From contig CAWEYL010000001.1 of assembly GCA_963813335.1 (NCBI GenBank), positions 96,001 through 160,000 on the forward strand: a stretch of DNA of 64,000 nucleotides, read 5' to 3'. Of the stretch, positions 38,941 to 47,882 are shown in pieces. This stretch comes from an uncultured Chloroflexia bacterium (GTDB lineage: Bacteria > Chloroflexota > Limnocylindria > Limnocylindrales > CSP1-4). A program made the position numbers and the translations under genes. The notes beneath the pieces were generated by a model, which did not search any database, had not been told where the DNA came from, and was given only the letters and a program-made list of their open reading frames with translations. The stretch's first letter is position 1. Every line of letters begins with the position of its first letter.

Positions 38941-39756
38941 CTGCTCGGCCCGGCCTCCGAGGCCTGGCGGCTGAACCGGGAGGCGATGCTCCTCCTCGGT
39001 GCCGGCCCGCGGGCCCTCCTCCTGCAGATCGCCCATCCGTCGGTCGCCGCGGGCGTGGACGAGCACTCCGACTTCCGCGCCGACCCGTGGCGCCGCCTGC
39101 GGGGCACGCTGCGCTCCTACCTGGCGATCATCTACGGGTCCGCGGCGGCCTCGCGGGCGGAGATCCGCCGCCTCAACGCGCTGCACCGCGGGATCACCGG
39201 GCCGGGCTACGCCGCACGGGATCCCGAGCTGTCGCTGTGGGTGCACGCCACGCTGGTCGACTCGACGATCGTCGCCAACGACGCCTGGCTCGGGCCGCTC
39301 GAGCGTGGCCGCGCCGCGGCCTTCTACGAGGAGACCCGCCCGATCGGCCGGGCGTTCGGCATCCCCGACGGGCTGCTGCCCGCGGACCTCGAGGCCTTCG
39401 AGGCGTACCTCGCGGGGATGCTGGCCCCGGACGGGCCGGTGCGCGTCGGGCCGCTGGCGCGGGAGCTCGCGGACACGATCCTGCGGCCGCCACTCCCCGG
39501 GGTCCTCGGCACGGCCGCCGACGCGATCGGCCTCCCGCGGTCGGCCTATGCCTGGACGCTGTGGCCCGCCATCGGCCTCCTGCCGCCGAGCGTCCGCGAG
39601 GGCTACGGCCTGCCCTGGGACGCACGGCACCGCGTCGTCGCCGAGTGGCTCGTCAGCGGCTGGCGGTTCTGGCGGCCGCTGCTTCCGGCCGCGTTCCGCG
39701 AGATGCCGCAGGCGCTCGCCGCGGACCGCCGGCTCAGTACAGCCCGGGGAACCTGA
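38941..39756 (+). CDS. Oxygenase MpaB / DUF2236 family protein
   Basis: LLGPASEAWRLNRE, ALLLQIAHPSVAAGVDEHSDF, DPWRRLRGT and YAARDPELSLWVHATL. First ATG is at 38986, but family-like sequence extends to about 38938. Confidence 0.85.
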   Translation: MLGPASEAWRLNREAMLLLGAGPRALLLQIAHPSVAAGVDEHSDFRADPWRRLRGTLRSYLAIIYGSAAASRAEIRRLNALHRGITGPGYAARDPELSLWVHATLVDSTIVANDAWLGPLERGRAAAFYEETRPIGRAFGIPDGLLPADLEAFEAYLAGMLAPDGPVRVGPLARELADTILRPPLPGVLGTAADAIGLPRSAYAWTLWPAIGLLPPSVREGYGLPWDARHRVVAEWLVSGWRFWRPLLPAAFREMPQALAADRRLSTARGT

Positions 39757-41104
39757 CCCGGAACGTCGGCTCGAGGTTCAGCGGCGTCGCGGCGTCGAGC
39801 GCGTCGAGCAGGGTCCGGCTGGTCACCAGGCCGTAGCGGTTGGCCGCGACGTAGCCCTTGAGCGCGTTCCACCAGACCGTGGTGCCCATCCGCGTCCGGA
39901 CGTCGTCGAGCAGGTTGCCGCCCTGGATGTAGACGATCTCGTAGTAGCAGGCCGCGGTGTACGAGTAGATGGAGCGGTCGAGGCGGCCCGTGGCGCAGCG
40001 GCTGGCGCGGCGCATCCCGAGGATCTTGCGCGTGACCGCGTCGGCGGCGGCCTCGTCCGCGAACGGATGCCGCGACTGGTCGTTCCCGACCAGCCCGTAG
40101 AACCACTGGTGGGCCGTCTCGTGCGTGGTCAGGTAGCGCAGGTTCCCGCTCGGCGTGCCGGTCGGGATCCAGACGAGCCCGGGCGATTCCATGCCGTACG
40201 CGCCGGCGGACTGGACGACCTTGAAGGTGGGGTAGGGGTACGCCCCGAGCTTGCCGCCGAGTACGCCGAGGGCATCCGCCGCGGCATCGAGCATGGCCGC
40301 GCCCGAGGTGCCCGCCCGGTAGAAGACCTTGACCGTGGTCGCCCCGACCTTGCGCGTGGCGGTCCGGTAGTCGGTGGCCGCGGTCACGGTGAAGTCGCGG
40401 ACCTGGCGCGCCTCGAAGGTCCGGGTGAGCCCGTCGGCGGAGACCGACACCTGGTCGCCGGTCGTGGCCAGGACCAGCTTGCGGTCGCTCTCGATGGCGA
40501 CCCGGACGAGCGGGCTGACCGGCGTGACGAACGGGTCGCCGTGGTTCGGGCGGGTGAACGGCACCGCCTTGCTGACCCACGGCAGCCAGCGGTACATGTC
40601 GACGATCCCGTTGGCCTTCGTGAACAGCCAGTCCGAGCCGCCGACGCTGGTCCGCAACGTGGCGTAGAAGCGGACCCGGAGCGTGGTCGCGGCACCGGCC
40701 GCGAGGACCCCGCCGAGCGGCACGACCAGGGTCTGGTCGCTGACCTTGGCGGTCACGTGGACGCCGTCGACGAGGACCGACAGGTAGCGGATGGCGCCGA
40801 GCCGGGCGGCGACGGTGTTCAACTCGATCCGGTCGACCGGCCCGCCGGACGTGTTGGTGATCGCGATCCGGGCGTCGACCTTGACGCGCCGCGGCGTCCA
40901 GTCGATGTGGAGCTTGGTGTCGTAGGTCGCCGTCAATGCGAGGCTGGTCCGGTTGACGGTGCCGGGGGTGATGGCACTGGGGGCGGCACGGAACGGCGAG
41001 CCGGCACGGGCCGGCGGACCGGCACTGGCCGGCGCACCGGCACCGACCGGGCCGGGCAGCCCCATGGCCAGCACGGCCAGGGCGAGGACCGCGAGCCTGC
41101 GCAT
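39734..41104 (-). CDS. Secreted M1-like (gluzincin) zinc metallopeptidase
   Basis: Signal peptide MRRLAVLALAVLAMG, YGMESPG, and HETAH followed by Glu after 18 residues (HExxH-x18-E). Confidence 0.85.
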   Translation of the reverse strand: MRRLAVLALAVLAMGLPGPVGAGAPASAGPPARAGSPFRAAPSAITPGTVNRTSLALTATYDTKLHIDWTPRRVKVDARIAITNTSGGPVDRIELNTVAARLGAIRYLSVLVDGVHVTAKVSDQTLVVPLGGVLAAGAATTLRVRFYATLRTSVGGSDWLFTKANGIVDMYRWLPWVSKAVPFTRPNHGDPFVTPVSPLVRVAIESDRKLVLATTGDQVSVSADGLTRTFEARQVRDFTVTAATDYRTATRKVGATTVKVFYRAGTSGAAMLDAAADALGVLGGKLGAYPYPTFKVVQSAGAYGMESPGLVWIPTGTPSGNLRYLTTHETAHQWFYGLVGNDQSRHPFADEAAADAVTRKILGMRRASRCATGRLDRSIYSYTAACYYEIVYIQGGNLLDDVRTRMGTTVWWNALKGYVAANRYGLVTSRTLLDALDAATPLNLEPTFRVRFPGLY

Positions 41105-41141
41105 CGTCCGAATCCTACCCCCGGCCCGTAGACTGCCAGCC

Positions 41142-42533
41142 ATGACCACGACCGCCACCGCGATCGGGCCGCTCGTCGACGCGATCCGCTCCCAGCTCCC
41201 CGGGCTGCGGGTGCTCACCGACGAGATCGATCGCGAGTCGTACCGGCTCGACGAGACCGCCTACCTCAAGGCGGGCCTGCCGGGTGCCGTGGTCCTCCCG
41301 ACCGAGACGGCCCAGGTCGCCGCCGTGGTGCGGCTGGCCGGGGAGTTCGGTGTCCCGATCGTGCCGCGCGGCGCCGGGACGGGGCTGTCGGGCGGCTCGG
41401 CCGGCATCGAGGGCGCGCTGACGATGGCCTTCACGGCCATGGACCGGATCGTCGAGATCGACCGCGGGAACCTCGTCGCGGTCGTCCAGCCCGGCATCAT
41501 CAACGCGGCGTTGAAGGCGGCGGTCGCCGCCGAGGGCCTGTTCTATGCGCCCGACCCGGCGTCGTTCGAGCAGTGCTCCATCGGCGGCAACCTCGGCACC
41601 AACGCCGGCGGTCTCTGCTGCGTCAAGTACGGCCAGACGCGCGAATCGGTGCTTTCGCTCGAGGTCGTGATGGCCGACGGGACCGTCATCCGCACCGGCG
41701 GCAAGAACGTCAAGGACGTCGCGGGCTACTCGCTGACCCACCTGTTCGTCGGGAGCCAGGGGACGCTCGCGATCATCACCGAGGCCACGCTCAAGCTGCG
41801 CCCCACGCCGCCGCCCCGCTCGACGATGCTGGCGTTCTTCCCGACCCTCGACGGCGCCGGGGATGCGGTCGCCGGGATCGCCACCGCCGGGCTCTCGCCG
41901 GTGACCCTCGAGCTGCTCGACCGATTCACCATCAACGCGGTCGACGACATGAACGACCTCGGCCTCGACCGGACCGCGGCGGCGATGCTGATGATCGAAT
42001 CGGACGCGCCGGGCTCGGCCGCGACCGACGAGCTGGCCCGCGCCGAGGCCGTCTGCCGGACGGCGGGGGCGACGGACGTCGTCCGGGCGGCCGATGCCCA
42101 GGAGGCCGACTGGCTCCGCCAGGCGAGGCGGGCGGCGCACTACGCGCTCGAGCGCCTCGGCGAGGTCCGCATGGAGGACGTGAGCGTGCCGCGGTCGCGG
42201 GTACCCGACATGCTCCGCGAGGTCGAGCAGATCGCGCAGCGTCACCAGGTGCGGATCGGGACGTTCGGGCACGTCGGCGACGGCAACCTGCACCCCGACC
42301 TCGTGCTGGAGCGCGGCGACCCCGACGGCGAGGCGAAGACCGACGCCGTGCGCACCGACCTCTACCGCGCCGCGATGGCCCTCGGCGGCAGCATCACCGG
42401 CGAGCACGGGATCGGCACCGCCCGGCGGGCCTGGCTCGAGGAGCAGCGCGGCGCCGACGCCGTCCGGGTCATGCGGGCGATCAAGACCGCGCTCGATCCG
42501 CAGGGGATCCTGAACCCGGGGCGCGTGCTCTAA
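41142..42533 (+). CDS. FAD-linked 2-hydroxy-acid oxidase (GlcD / D-lactate dehydrogenase-like)
   Basis: PRGAGTGLSGG, PDPAS...IGGNLGTNAGG, KDVAGY, GHVGDGNLH, GEHGIG and DPQGILNPG. Confidence 0.92.
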   Translation: MTTTATAIGPLVDAIRSQLPGLRVLTDEIDRESYRLDETAYLKAGLPGAVVLPTETAQVAAVVRLAGEFGVPIVPRGAGTGLSGGSAGIEGALTMAFTAMDRIVEIDRGNLVAVVQPGIINAALKAAVAAEGLFYAPDPASFEQCSIGGNLGTNAGGLCCVKYGQTRESVLSLEVVMADGTVIRTGGKNVKDVAGYSLTHLFVGSQGTLAIITEATLKLRPTPPPRSTMLAFFPTLDGAGDAVAGIATAGLSPVTLELLDRFTINAVDDMNDLGLDRTAAAMLMIESDAPGSAATDELARAEAVCRTAGATDVVRAADAQEADWLRQARRAAHYALERLGEVRMEDVSVPRSRVPDMLREVEQIAQRHQVRIGTFGHVGDGNLHPDLVLERGDPDGEAKTDAVRTDLYRAAMALGGSITGEHGIGTARRAWLEEQRGADAVRVMRAIKTALDPQGILNPGRVL

Positions 42534-42601
42534 GCCGGCCCGGCGCGCGCTCTAGCCGGCCCAGCCCGCGCCCCTGAAGGCGCACTGACCCGTCGGGCAC
42601 T

Positions 42602-42814
42602 CGGATATGCACGATTTCCGAGGGGCCCTCTTCGGATTCAGCGTATGCACCTCGGATGCATATGTCCGGCCGGTTCCGGGATCCGTCCTGACTTGCCTGG
42701 CACACCGCGACCACCTGGCGATGGCAGACCCGACCGCCGCGCCCCGCCCCTGATATGCAGCCGAGGTGCATCGCGATCGCGGAAGGCAACCCTGGCCGCA
42801 TTCGTGCATATCCG
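42602..42814. repeat. Nested inverted-repeat element (REP/MITE-like) built on an ATATGCA core
   Basis: Outer perfect 13-bp IR CGGATATGCACGA at 42602-42614 and 42802-42814. Inner 19-bp IR (18/19 match) ATGCACCTCGGATGCATAT at 42645-42663 and 42753-42771. Confidence 0.8.
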
Positions 42815-42826
42815 CCGGCAGCCGCG

Positions 42827-42873
42827 TATGATGCGCCGACGATGCATGCACATCTGTTCAGTACATCTGTGCA
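42827..42873 (+). promoter_or_regulatory. -10 box TATGAT followed by tandem SorC/LsrR-like operator TGCACATCTGTTCA-GTACATCTGTGCA
   Basis: Two adjacent near-palindromes share ACATCTGT and resemble TGAACA-N2-TGTTCA sites of SorC/DeoR-family repressors. They end 18 nt before the regulator ATG. Confidence 0.6.
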
Positions 42874-42891
42874 AGGCCCGGACGCGACGCG

Positions 42892-43869
42892 ATGAGCGAT
42901 TTCGAGCAGCTCGTCCGGGCGAGCCGCCTCTACTACGAGCTCGGTGAGACGCAGAGCGCGATCGCCGAGCTGCTCGGCGTCACGCGCCCGCAGGTGTCGC
43001 GTCTCCTGAAGCGCGCCCGCGCGGAGGGCATCGTCGAGATCCGGATCGTCGACTCGACGCACGGTGACAGCCCGGCGGGCGACGTCCTTCGGCAGCGCTA
43101 CGGCCTCGATGCGGTCCACCTGGCCCCGACCATCGTCGGTCCCGAGGACCTGACCCGCCGCATGGTCGGCCGGCTCGCCGCCCAGGTCCTGCACGCCTCG
43201 GTCCGGGCCGGGTTGGTCGTCGGGATCGGCGACGGCGCATCCGTCTCGGCCACCACCGACGCGCTGTGCGACACGCTGGGCGGCGGCCCCGACGAGGCCG
43301 CGACCCCGATCGCGGCCACGGTCGTGCCCCTGTGCGGCGGCTTCTGGTCGACCGGTCCCGAGCGGGAGCCGTACCGCCGGGTCGCGCAGGCCCTCGGCGC
43401 CCAGGCGCATGGCCTGATGGCGCCCGGCCTCGTCGACGACGCCGCGACCCGGACCGCCCTGCTGGCCCACGCGGGCGTCCGTTCCGTGCTGGAGCTGTGG
43501 GACCGCCTCGACGTCGCGCTCTTCGGGATCGGCGGGCCTGGCTGGAACACCACGACGGTCGGCCCCGACATCGCGCGAGAGCTCGACGCCTCCGGCGCGG
43601 TCGGCGAGGTCCTGGTCGCCCCGTTCGACCTCGAGGGGCGTTTCGTCTGTCCGGCGCTGCGCGAGCGCGTGATCGCGTTCGAGGCTCCGCGGCTCGGGGG
43701 CGTCCCGGCGGCCATCGGCGTCGCCGCCGGCGCGTCGAAGGTCCGGCCGATCCTGGGCGCGATCCGTGCCGGCGTCGTGCGCACGCTCGTGACCGACGTC
43801 GCGACCGCGGAGGCCGTCGTGGCCCTCGACGCCTCGACGCCGACCCCGACTGGCGGGCCAGCGCGATGA
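42892..43869 (+). CDS. SorC/DeoR/LsrR-family sugar-phosphate-binding transcriptional regulator
   Basis: ASRLYYELGETQSAIAELLGVTRPQVSRLLKRARAEGIVEIRI, ALFGIG, GVAAGASK and LVTD. Confidence 0.93.
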   Translation: MSDFEQLVRASRLYYELGETQSAIAELLGVTRPQVSRLLKRARAEGIVEIRIVDSTHGDSPAGDVLRQRYGLDAVHLAPTIVGPEDLTRRMVGRLAAQVLHASVRAGLVVGIGDGASVSATTDALCDTLGGGPDEAATPIAATVVPLCGGFWSTGPEREPYRRVAQALGAQAHGLMAPGLVDDAATRTALLAHAGVRSVLELWDRLDVALFGIGGPGWNTTTVGPDIARELDASGAVGEVLVAPFDLEGRFVCPALRERVIAFEAPRLGGVPAAIGVAAGASKVRPILGAIRAGVVRTLVTDVATAEAVVALDASTPTPTGGPAR

Positions 43870-45320
43870 CGGCGGCCCGCGAGCCCGCCATCCTGGGTCT
43901 CGACCTGGGGACCAACGAGGTCAGGGCCGGCCTCGTGACGCTCGATGGCCGGCTGCTCGCCCTGGCGCGCGCGGCCTACCCGATGACCGTCGGACCCGAG
44001 CCGGGCTGGGCCGAGCAGGATCCCGCCGACTGGTGGTCCGCCGTGGTGCGCGCGGTCCGCGAGGTCGGTGCCTCGGCTCGCGCCGCGGTCGTCGCGATCG
44101 GCGTCGACGGCCACGGCCCCACCCTCGTAGCCGTGGACGCCCGCGGCGACGCCACCCGGCCGGCGATCACCTGGCTCGACACGCGATCCACCGAGCAGGC
44201 CGCCGAGCTGGCCGCCGCGACCGGGGTCGGCGGCTGGGTGCTGGCCGGGCTGCCCGCCGCGCTGTGGGTCGAGCGCCACGAGCCCACGGTCGCCGCCGAG
44301 ACCCACTGGTACCTCGCGACCTGGGAGTGGCTGGCGTACCGCCTGTCGGGCGTGGCGTCGTCGCCGCGGACCCCTCACCAGACCGCCGCAGACCCGGCGG
44401 TCGTCGCCGCGGTCGGCGTGCCGGCCGACCGGCTGCCGCCACTCGGCATCACGGGAGCGGTCGTGGGGGACCTGACGGCGGCCGCCGCCGAGACCCTCGG
44501 CCTCCGGGCCGGCATCCCGGTGGTCGGCGGCACGGTCGACGCGTTCGCGAGCTACCTGGGCGCGGGCCTGCGGGACCCGGGTGACGCCTACGACCCGGGC
44601 GGTGCGGCCGGTGGCTTCGGCGTGTACTGGCACGAGCCGGTCGAGGTCGCGGGCGCGTTCGTCACGCCGGCGCCGCTGGCGGGCCGGTTCAGCGTCGGGG
44701 CCGCGATGGCCGCCACCGGCCGGTCGCTCGACTGGTATCGAGACGGGATCCTGGCGGGGACGATCGGCACGGAAGCGCTCATCGGCGAGGCGGCCGCGAC
44801 ACCGCCCGGCGCGGCGGGCCTGGTCTTCCTCCCGTACCTGGCCGGCGAGCGCTCGCCCTACTGGGACCCGACGGCGCGCGGGGCGTTCGCCGGCCTGACC
44901 CTGGCGCACGGCCGCGGCCACCTCGCGAGGGCCATCCTCGAGGCGTCGGCGCTGGCGATCCGGCACGTCGCCCGTCCGATGCTCGACGCCGGGGTGCGCG
45001 TCCATGAGATGCGCGTCTGTGGCGGCCCGGCACGGAGCGACACCTGGAACCACATCAAGGCCGACGTGACCGGCTTCCCCGTCGCCGTGCCCGCCGTCCT
45101 CGAGACCGCGGTGCTCGGCTCGGCGATGCTCGGCGCGGTCGGGATCGGCGCGCATCCCGACATCGAGGCCGCCATCGAGGCGATGACCCGCATCGACCAC
45201 CGCATCGAGCCGCGGGCCGAGCTCGCCGCCACGTACGACGCGGTCTTCGAGGCGTATGTCGACCTGTACCCGGCGACCGCCCCGATCCTGCGCCGCCTCG
45301 CCGACCGGGTGGCGCGGTGA
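43866..45320 (+). CDS. FGGY-family carbohydrate kinase (xylulokinase-like)
   Basis: LGLDLGT, GWAEQDP, AITWLDTR, FLPYLAGERSPYWDP, ARAILE and GGPARS...IKADV. ATG overlaps the upstream stop. Confidence 0.92.
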   Translation: MTAAREPAILGLDLGTNEVRAGLVTLDGRLLALARAAYPMTVGPEPGWAEQDPADWWSAVVRAVREVGASARAAVVAIGVDGHGPTLVAVDARGDATRPAITWLDTRSTEQAAELAAATGVGGWVLAGLPAALWVERHEPTVAAETHWYLATWEWLAYRLSGVASSPRTPHQTAADPAVVAAVGVPADRLPPLGITGAVVGDLTAAAAETLGLRAGIPVVGGTVDAFASYLGAGLRDPGDAYDPGGAAGGFGVYWHEPVEVAGAFVTPAPLAGRFSVGAAMAATGRSLDWYRDGILAGTIGTEALIGEAAATPPGAAGLVFLPYLAGERSPYWDPTARGAFAGLTLAHGRGHLARAILEASALAIRHVARPMLDAGVRVHEMRVCGGPARSDTWNHIKADVTGFPVAVPAVLETAVLGSAMLGAVGIGAHPDIEAAIEAMTRIDHRIEPRAELAATYDAVFEAYVDLYPATAPILRRLADRVAR

Positions 45321-46087
45321 GCGGGGATGTCCGCCTGGCGGACCTGGCCATCACGTTCCCGGGCCGGCGGGGGGCCGAATCGCTCGTGGCCCTCGACGGC
45401 CTCGAGTTGACCATCGACGGCGGGCGGATCGTGGCGATCATCGGACCGAACGGCTGCGGCAAGTCGACGGCGCTGCGCGCCATCGCCGGCCTCCTCGCCC
45501 CGACGCGCGGCCGCGTCACGCTCGACGGCAGCCTCGTCACCGGCCCGGACCCGCGGATCGGCCTCGTGTTCCAGGAGCCACGGCTGCTGCCGTGGCGGAC
45601 CGGGGCCGCGAACATCACCTACCCGCTCGAGCTGGCCGGGTGGCCGCTCGAAGAGCGGGACGCGCGCCTGCTCGACCTCGCCGAGCTCGTCCGCATCGAC
45701 GCCTCGGCGCTACTCGCCCACCCCGGGGAGATGTCCGGCGGGGTCCGCCAGCGCGTGGCGCTCGCCCGGGCACTCGCGCTGGAGCCCGAGGTCCTGCTCC
45801 TCGACGAGCCGTTCAGCGCGCTCGATGCGCTGACGCGCGAACGCTTCGACCTCGAGCTGCTCGAGCTGGGCGAGCGCTCCGCCACGACCATCGTGATGGT
45901 CACCCACAGCATCCCCGAGGCCATCCTCGTCGCGGACCGCGTCGTCGTGATGTCGCCGCGGCCGGGGCGCATCGTGGCCGAGATCCCGATCGACTCGCCG
46001 CGCCCGCGCACGATCGAGGCACTCGACGCCGCCGTCGCGGCGGGGACCGCCGCCGAGATCCGCTCGCATCTCGAGGAGGCGGCGTGA
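45317..46087 (+). CDS. NitT/TauT-family ABC ATP-binding protein
   Basis: GPNGCGKST, VFQEPRLLPW, MSGGVRQR, LLDEPFSALD, VTHSIPEA and SPRPG. Confidence 0.92.
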   Translation: MSGDVRLADLAITFPGRRGAESLVALDGLELTIDGGRIVAIIGPNGCGKSTALRAIAGLLAPTRGRVTLDGSLVTGPDPRIGLVFQEPRLLPWRTGAANITYPLELAGWPLEERDARLLDLAELVRIDASALLAHPGEMSGGVRQRVALARALALEPEVLLLDEPFSALDALTRERFDLELLELGERSATTIVMVTHSIPEAILVADRVVVMSPRPGRIVAEIPIDSPRPRTIEALDAAVAAGTAAEIRSHLEEAA

Positions 46088-46833
46088 GGCGCTCGGCATG
46101 GCTCCCGGTCGTCGCCGCGCTGGCCGTCTTCCTGGTGGTGTGGCGGCTCGTGGTGGTGATCACGGGCTTGCCCGAGTTCATCCTGCCGACGCCCGAGGCC
46201 GTCGCCGGCCGCTGGGGCACGGCCATGCTCGACGGCATCATCGAACCGCACCTCGCGGCCACCCTCGTCGAGATCGCCCTCGGCCTCCTCGTCGGTGTCG
46301 GGTTCGGGCTCGTCGTGGGCTACGGGCTGGCCCGCAGCCAGCTCGTCGAGCGCCTGCTCTCGCCGTACCTCGTCGCCGCCCAGGCAACGCCGATCCTCGC
46401 GCTCGCCCCGCTCATCGCCCTGTGGTTCGGCCCGGGGCTGCTCGGCAAGGTCCTCATCTGCGCGCTGATCGTCTTCTTCCCGGTCGCGGTCTCCACGATG
46501 GTCGGCATCCGCTCGGTCGATGCCGGGCTGCTGGAGCTCGGGCGCGCGCTCCGGGCGACCCGGCGCCAGGTCCTGACCACGCTGGAGATCCCGGCGGCGC
46601 TGCCGTCGATCTTCGGCGGGCTCCGCGTCGGCGTGACGCTGGCGGTCGTCGGCGCGATCGTCGCCGAGTGGGCCGGCGCGGACCGCGGCCTCGGCGTCCT
46701 CATCAACCTCGCCAAGGGGTCGCTCTTCGACACCCCGCTGATGTTCGCGACGCTCCTGACCATCGCGCTGGTCGGGATCTCGCTCTATCTCGTCGTGGTC
46801 GCCATCGAGCGCCGCATGGTCGGCGCCCGGTGA
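46084..46833 (+). CDS. NitT/TauT-family ABC permease (RibX/ThiX-like)
   Basis: FILPTP, QATPILALAPL, LIVFFPV, EIPAALPSIFGGLR and GAIVAEW. Confidence 0.9.
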   Translation: MRRSAWLPVVAALAVFLVVWRLVVVITGLPEFILPTPEAVAGRWGTAMLDGIIEPHLAATLVEIALGLLVGVGFGLVVGYGLARSQLVERLLSPYLVAAQATPILALAPLIALWFGPGLLGKVLICALIVFFPVAVSTMVGIRSVDAGLLELGRALRATRRQVLTTLEIPAALPSIFGGLRVGVTLAVVGAIVAEWAGADRGLGVLINLAKGSLFDTPLMFATLLTIALVGISLYLVVVAIERRMVGAR

Positions 46834-46865
46834 CCGGTCCCTCGCCGAAACCTCAGGAGGTCCTC

Positions 46866-47882
46866 GTGCCACAGCGTTCCCGTCCCGCCACCCTCGTGAT
46901 CATCGCGCTGGTCGTCGGCCTGCTCGCCGCAGCCTGCGGCGTGGGTTCCTCGAGCCCATCGGCGTCGCCGGCCAAGCTCGTGGTCGGGCTCGGCTATATC
47001 CCGAACGTCCAGTTCGCGCCCTTCTACCTCGCGCAGATCGACGGCTCGTACGAGGCGGCCGGTCTGCAGGTCGAGTTCCAGAACAAGATCGCCCCGGATC
47101 TCGTGCAGCTGGTCGGGGCCGGGTCGATCGACATCGGCGTCGCGGACGGGACGGACGTCATCCCGGCGGTCAGCCAGGGCATCCCGATCCAGTACATCAC
47201 AACGGTCTACGGCAAGTTCCCCTCGGTCGTCTTCGCGAAGGCATCCGCCGGGATCAAGACGGCCGGCGACCTCAAGGGCAAGAAGCTCGGCATCCCGGGC
47301 CGCTACGGCTCGTCGTGGGTCATGCTCCAGGCGCTGCTCGCCTCGGCCGGCCTCACCCCGGACGACCTGACGATCGTCGAGTACCCCGACTTCGGGCAGC
47401 GGGCCGCGGTCGCCGCCGGCGCCGTGGACGCCGCCACGGGCTTCGCGAACAACGAGCCCGTACTGCTCGGGCTCGCTGGCGAGCCCGTCACGGTCCTGCG
47501 CATCGACGACATCACGCCGCTGCCGGGCCCGGGCCTGATCTCGAGCACGAAGACCCTCGAATCGAAGCACGAGGCGATCGCCCGGTTCGTGGCGGTCACG
47601 CTCGACGCGATGGCCCAGATCCAGGCGAACCCGCAGAACGGACTGAACGCGGCGTCGAAGTCGATCGACGGGCTCAGCGCGGACGATCCGACGCAGAAGG
47701 CGGTCCTCGACGCGACCATCGATGCGTGGACCGGACCGGTCCAGCAGGCGGGCGGGCTCGGCGCCATCGACAGCGCGGGTTGGAAGACCTCGATCGACTA
47801 CCTCACGAGCCTCGGGCTGACCAAGGCGCCCGTGACCGTCGACCAGGTCGTGCGGACCGACCTTCTGCCACCGCACGGATGA
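46866..47882 (+). CDS. NMT1/THI5-family substrate-binding lipoprotein (RibY/ThiY-like)
   Basis: Lipobox LAAAC, LGYIPNVQFAPFY, DLKGKKLGIPGRYGSS and GFANNEP. GTG 46866 follows AGGAGG; alternative GTG at 46830. Confidence 0.88.
   Translation: MPQRSRPATLVIIALVVGLLAAACGVGSSSPSASPAKLVVGLGYIPNVQFAPFYLAQIDGSYEAAGLQVEFQNKIAPDLVQLVGAGSIDIGVADGTDVIPAVSQGIPIQYITTVYGKFPSVVFAKASAGIKTAGDLKGKKLGIPGRYGSSWVMLQALLASAGLTPDDLTIVEYPDFGQRAAVAAGAVDAATGFANNEPVLLGLAGEPVTVLRIDDITPLPGPGLISSTKTLESKHEAIARFVAVTLDAMAQIQANPQNGLNAASKSIDGLSADDPTQKAVLDATIDAWTGPVQQAGGLGAIDSAGWKTSIDYLTSLGLTKAPVTVDQVVRTDLLPPHG

Noticed and set aside
42534-42891. FMN or TPP riboswitch ahead of the RibXY/ThiXY-like transporter
   Set aside because: I could not find the conserved cores (FMN AGGGCGGGGTGAAATTCCC-like, TPP CTGAGA...CCTGA-like in the right arrangement). 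An Rfam scan would be decisive.
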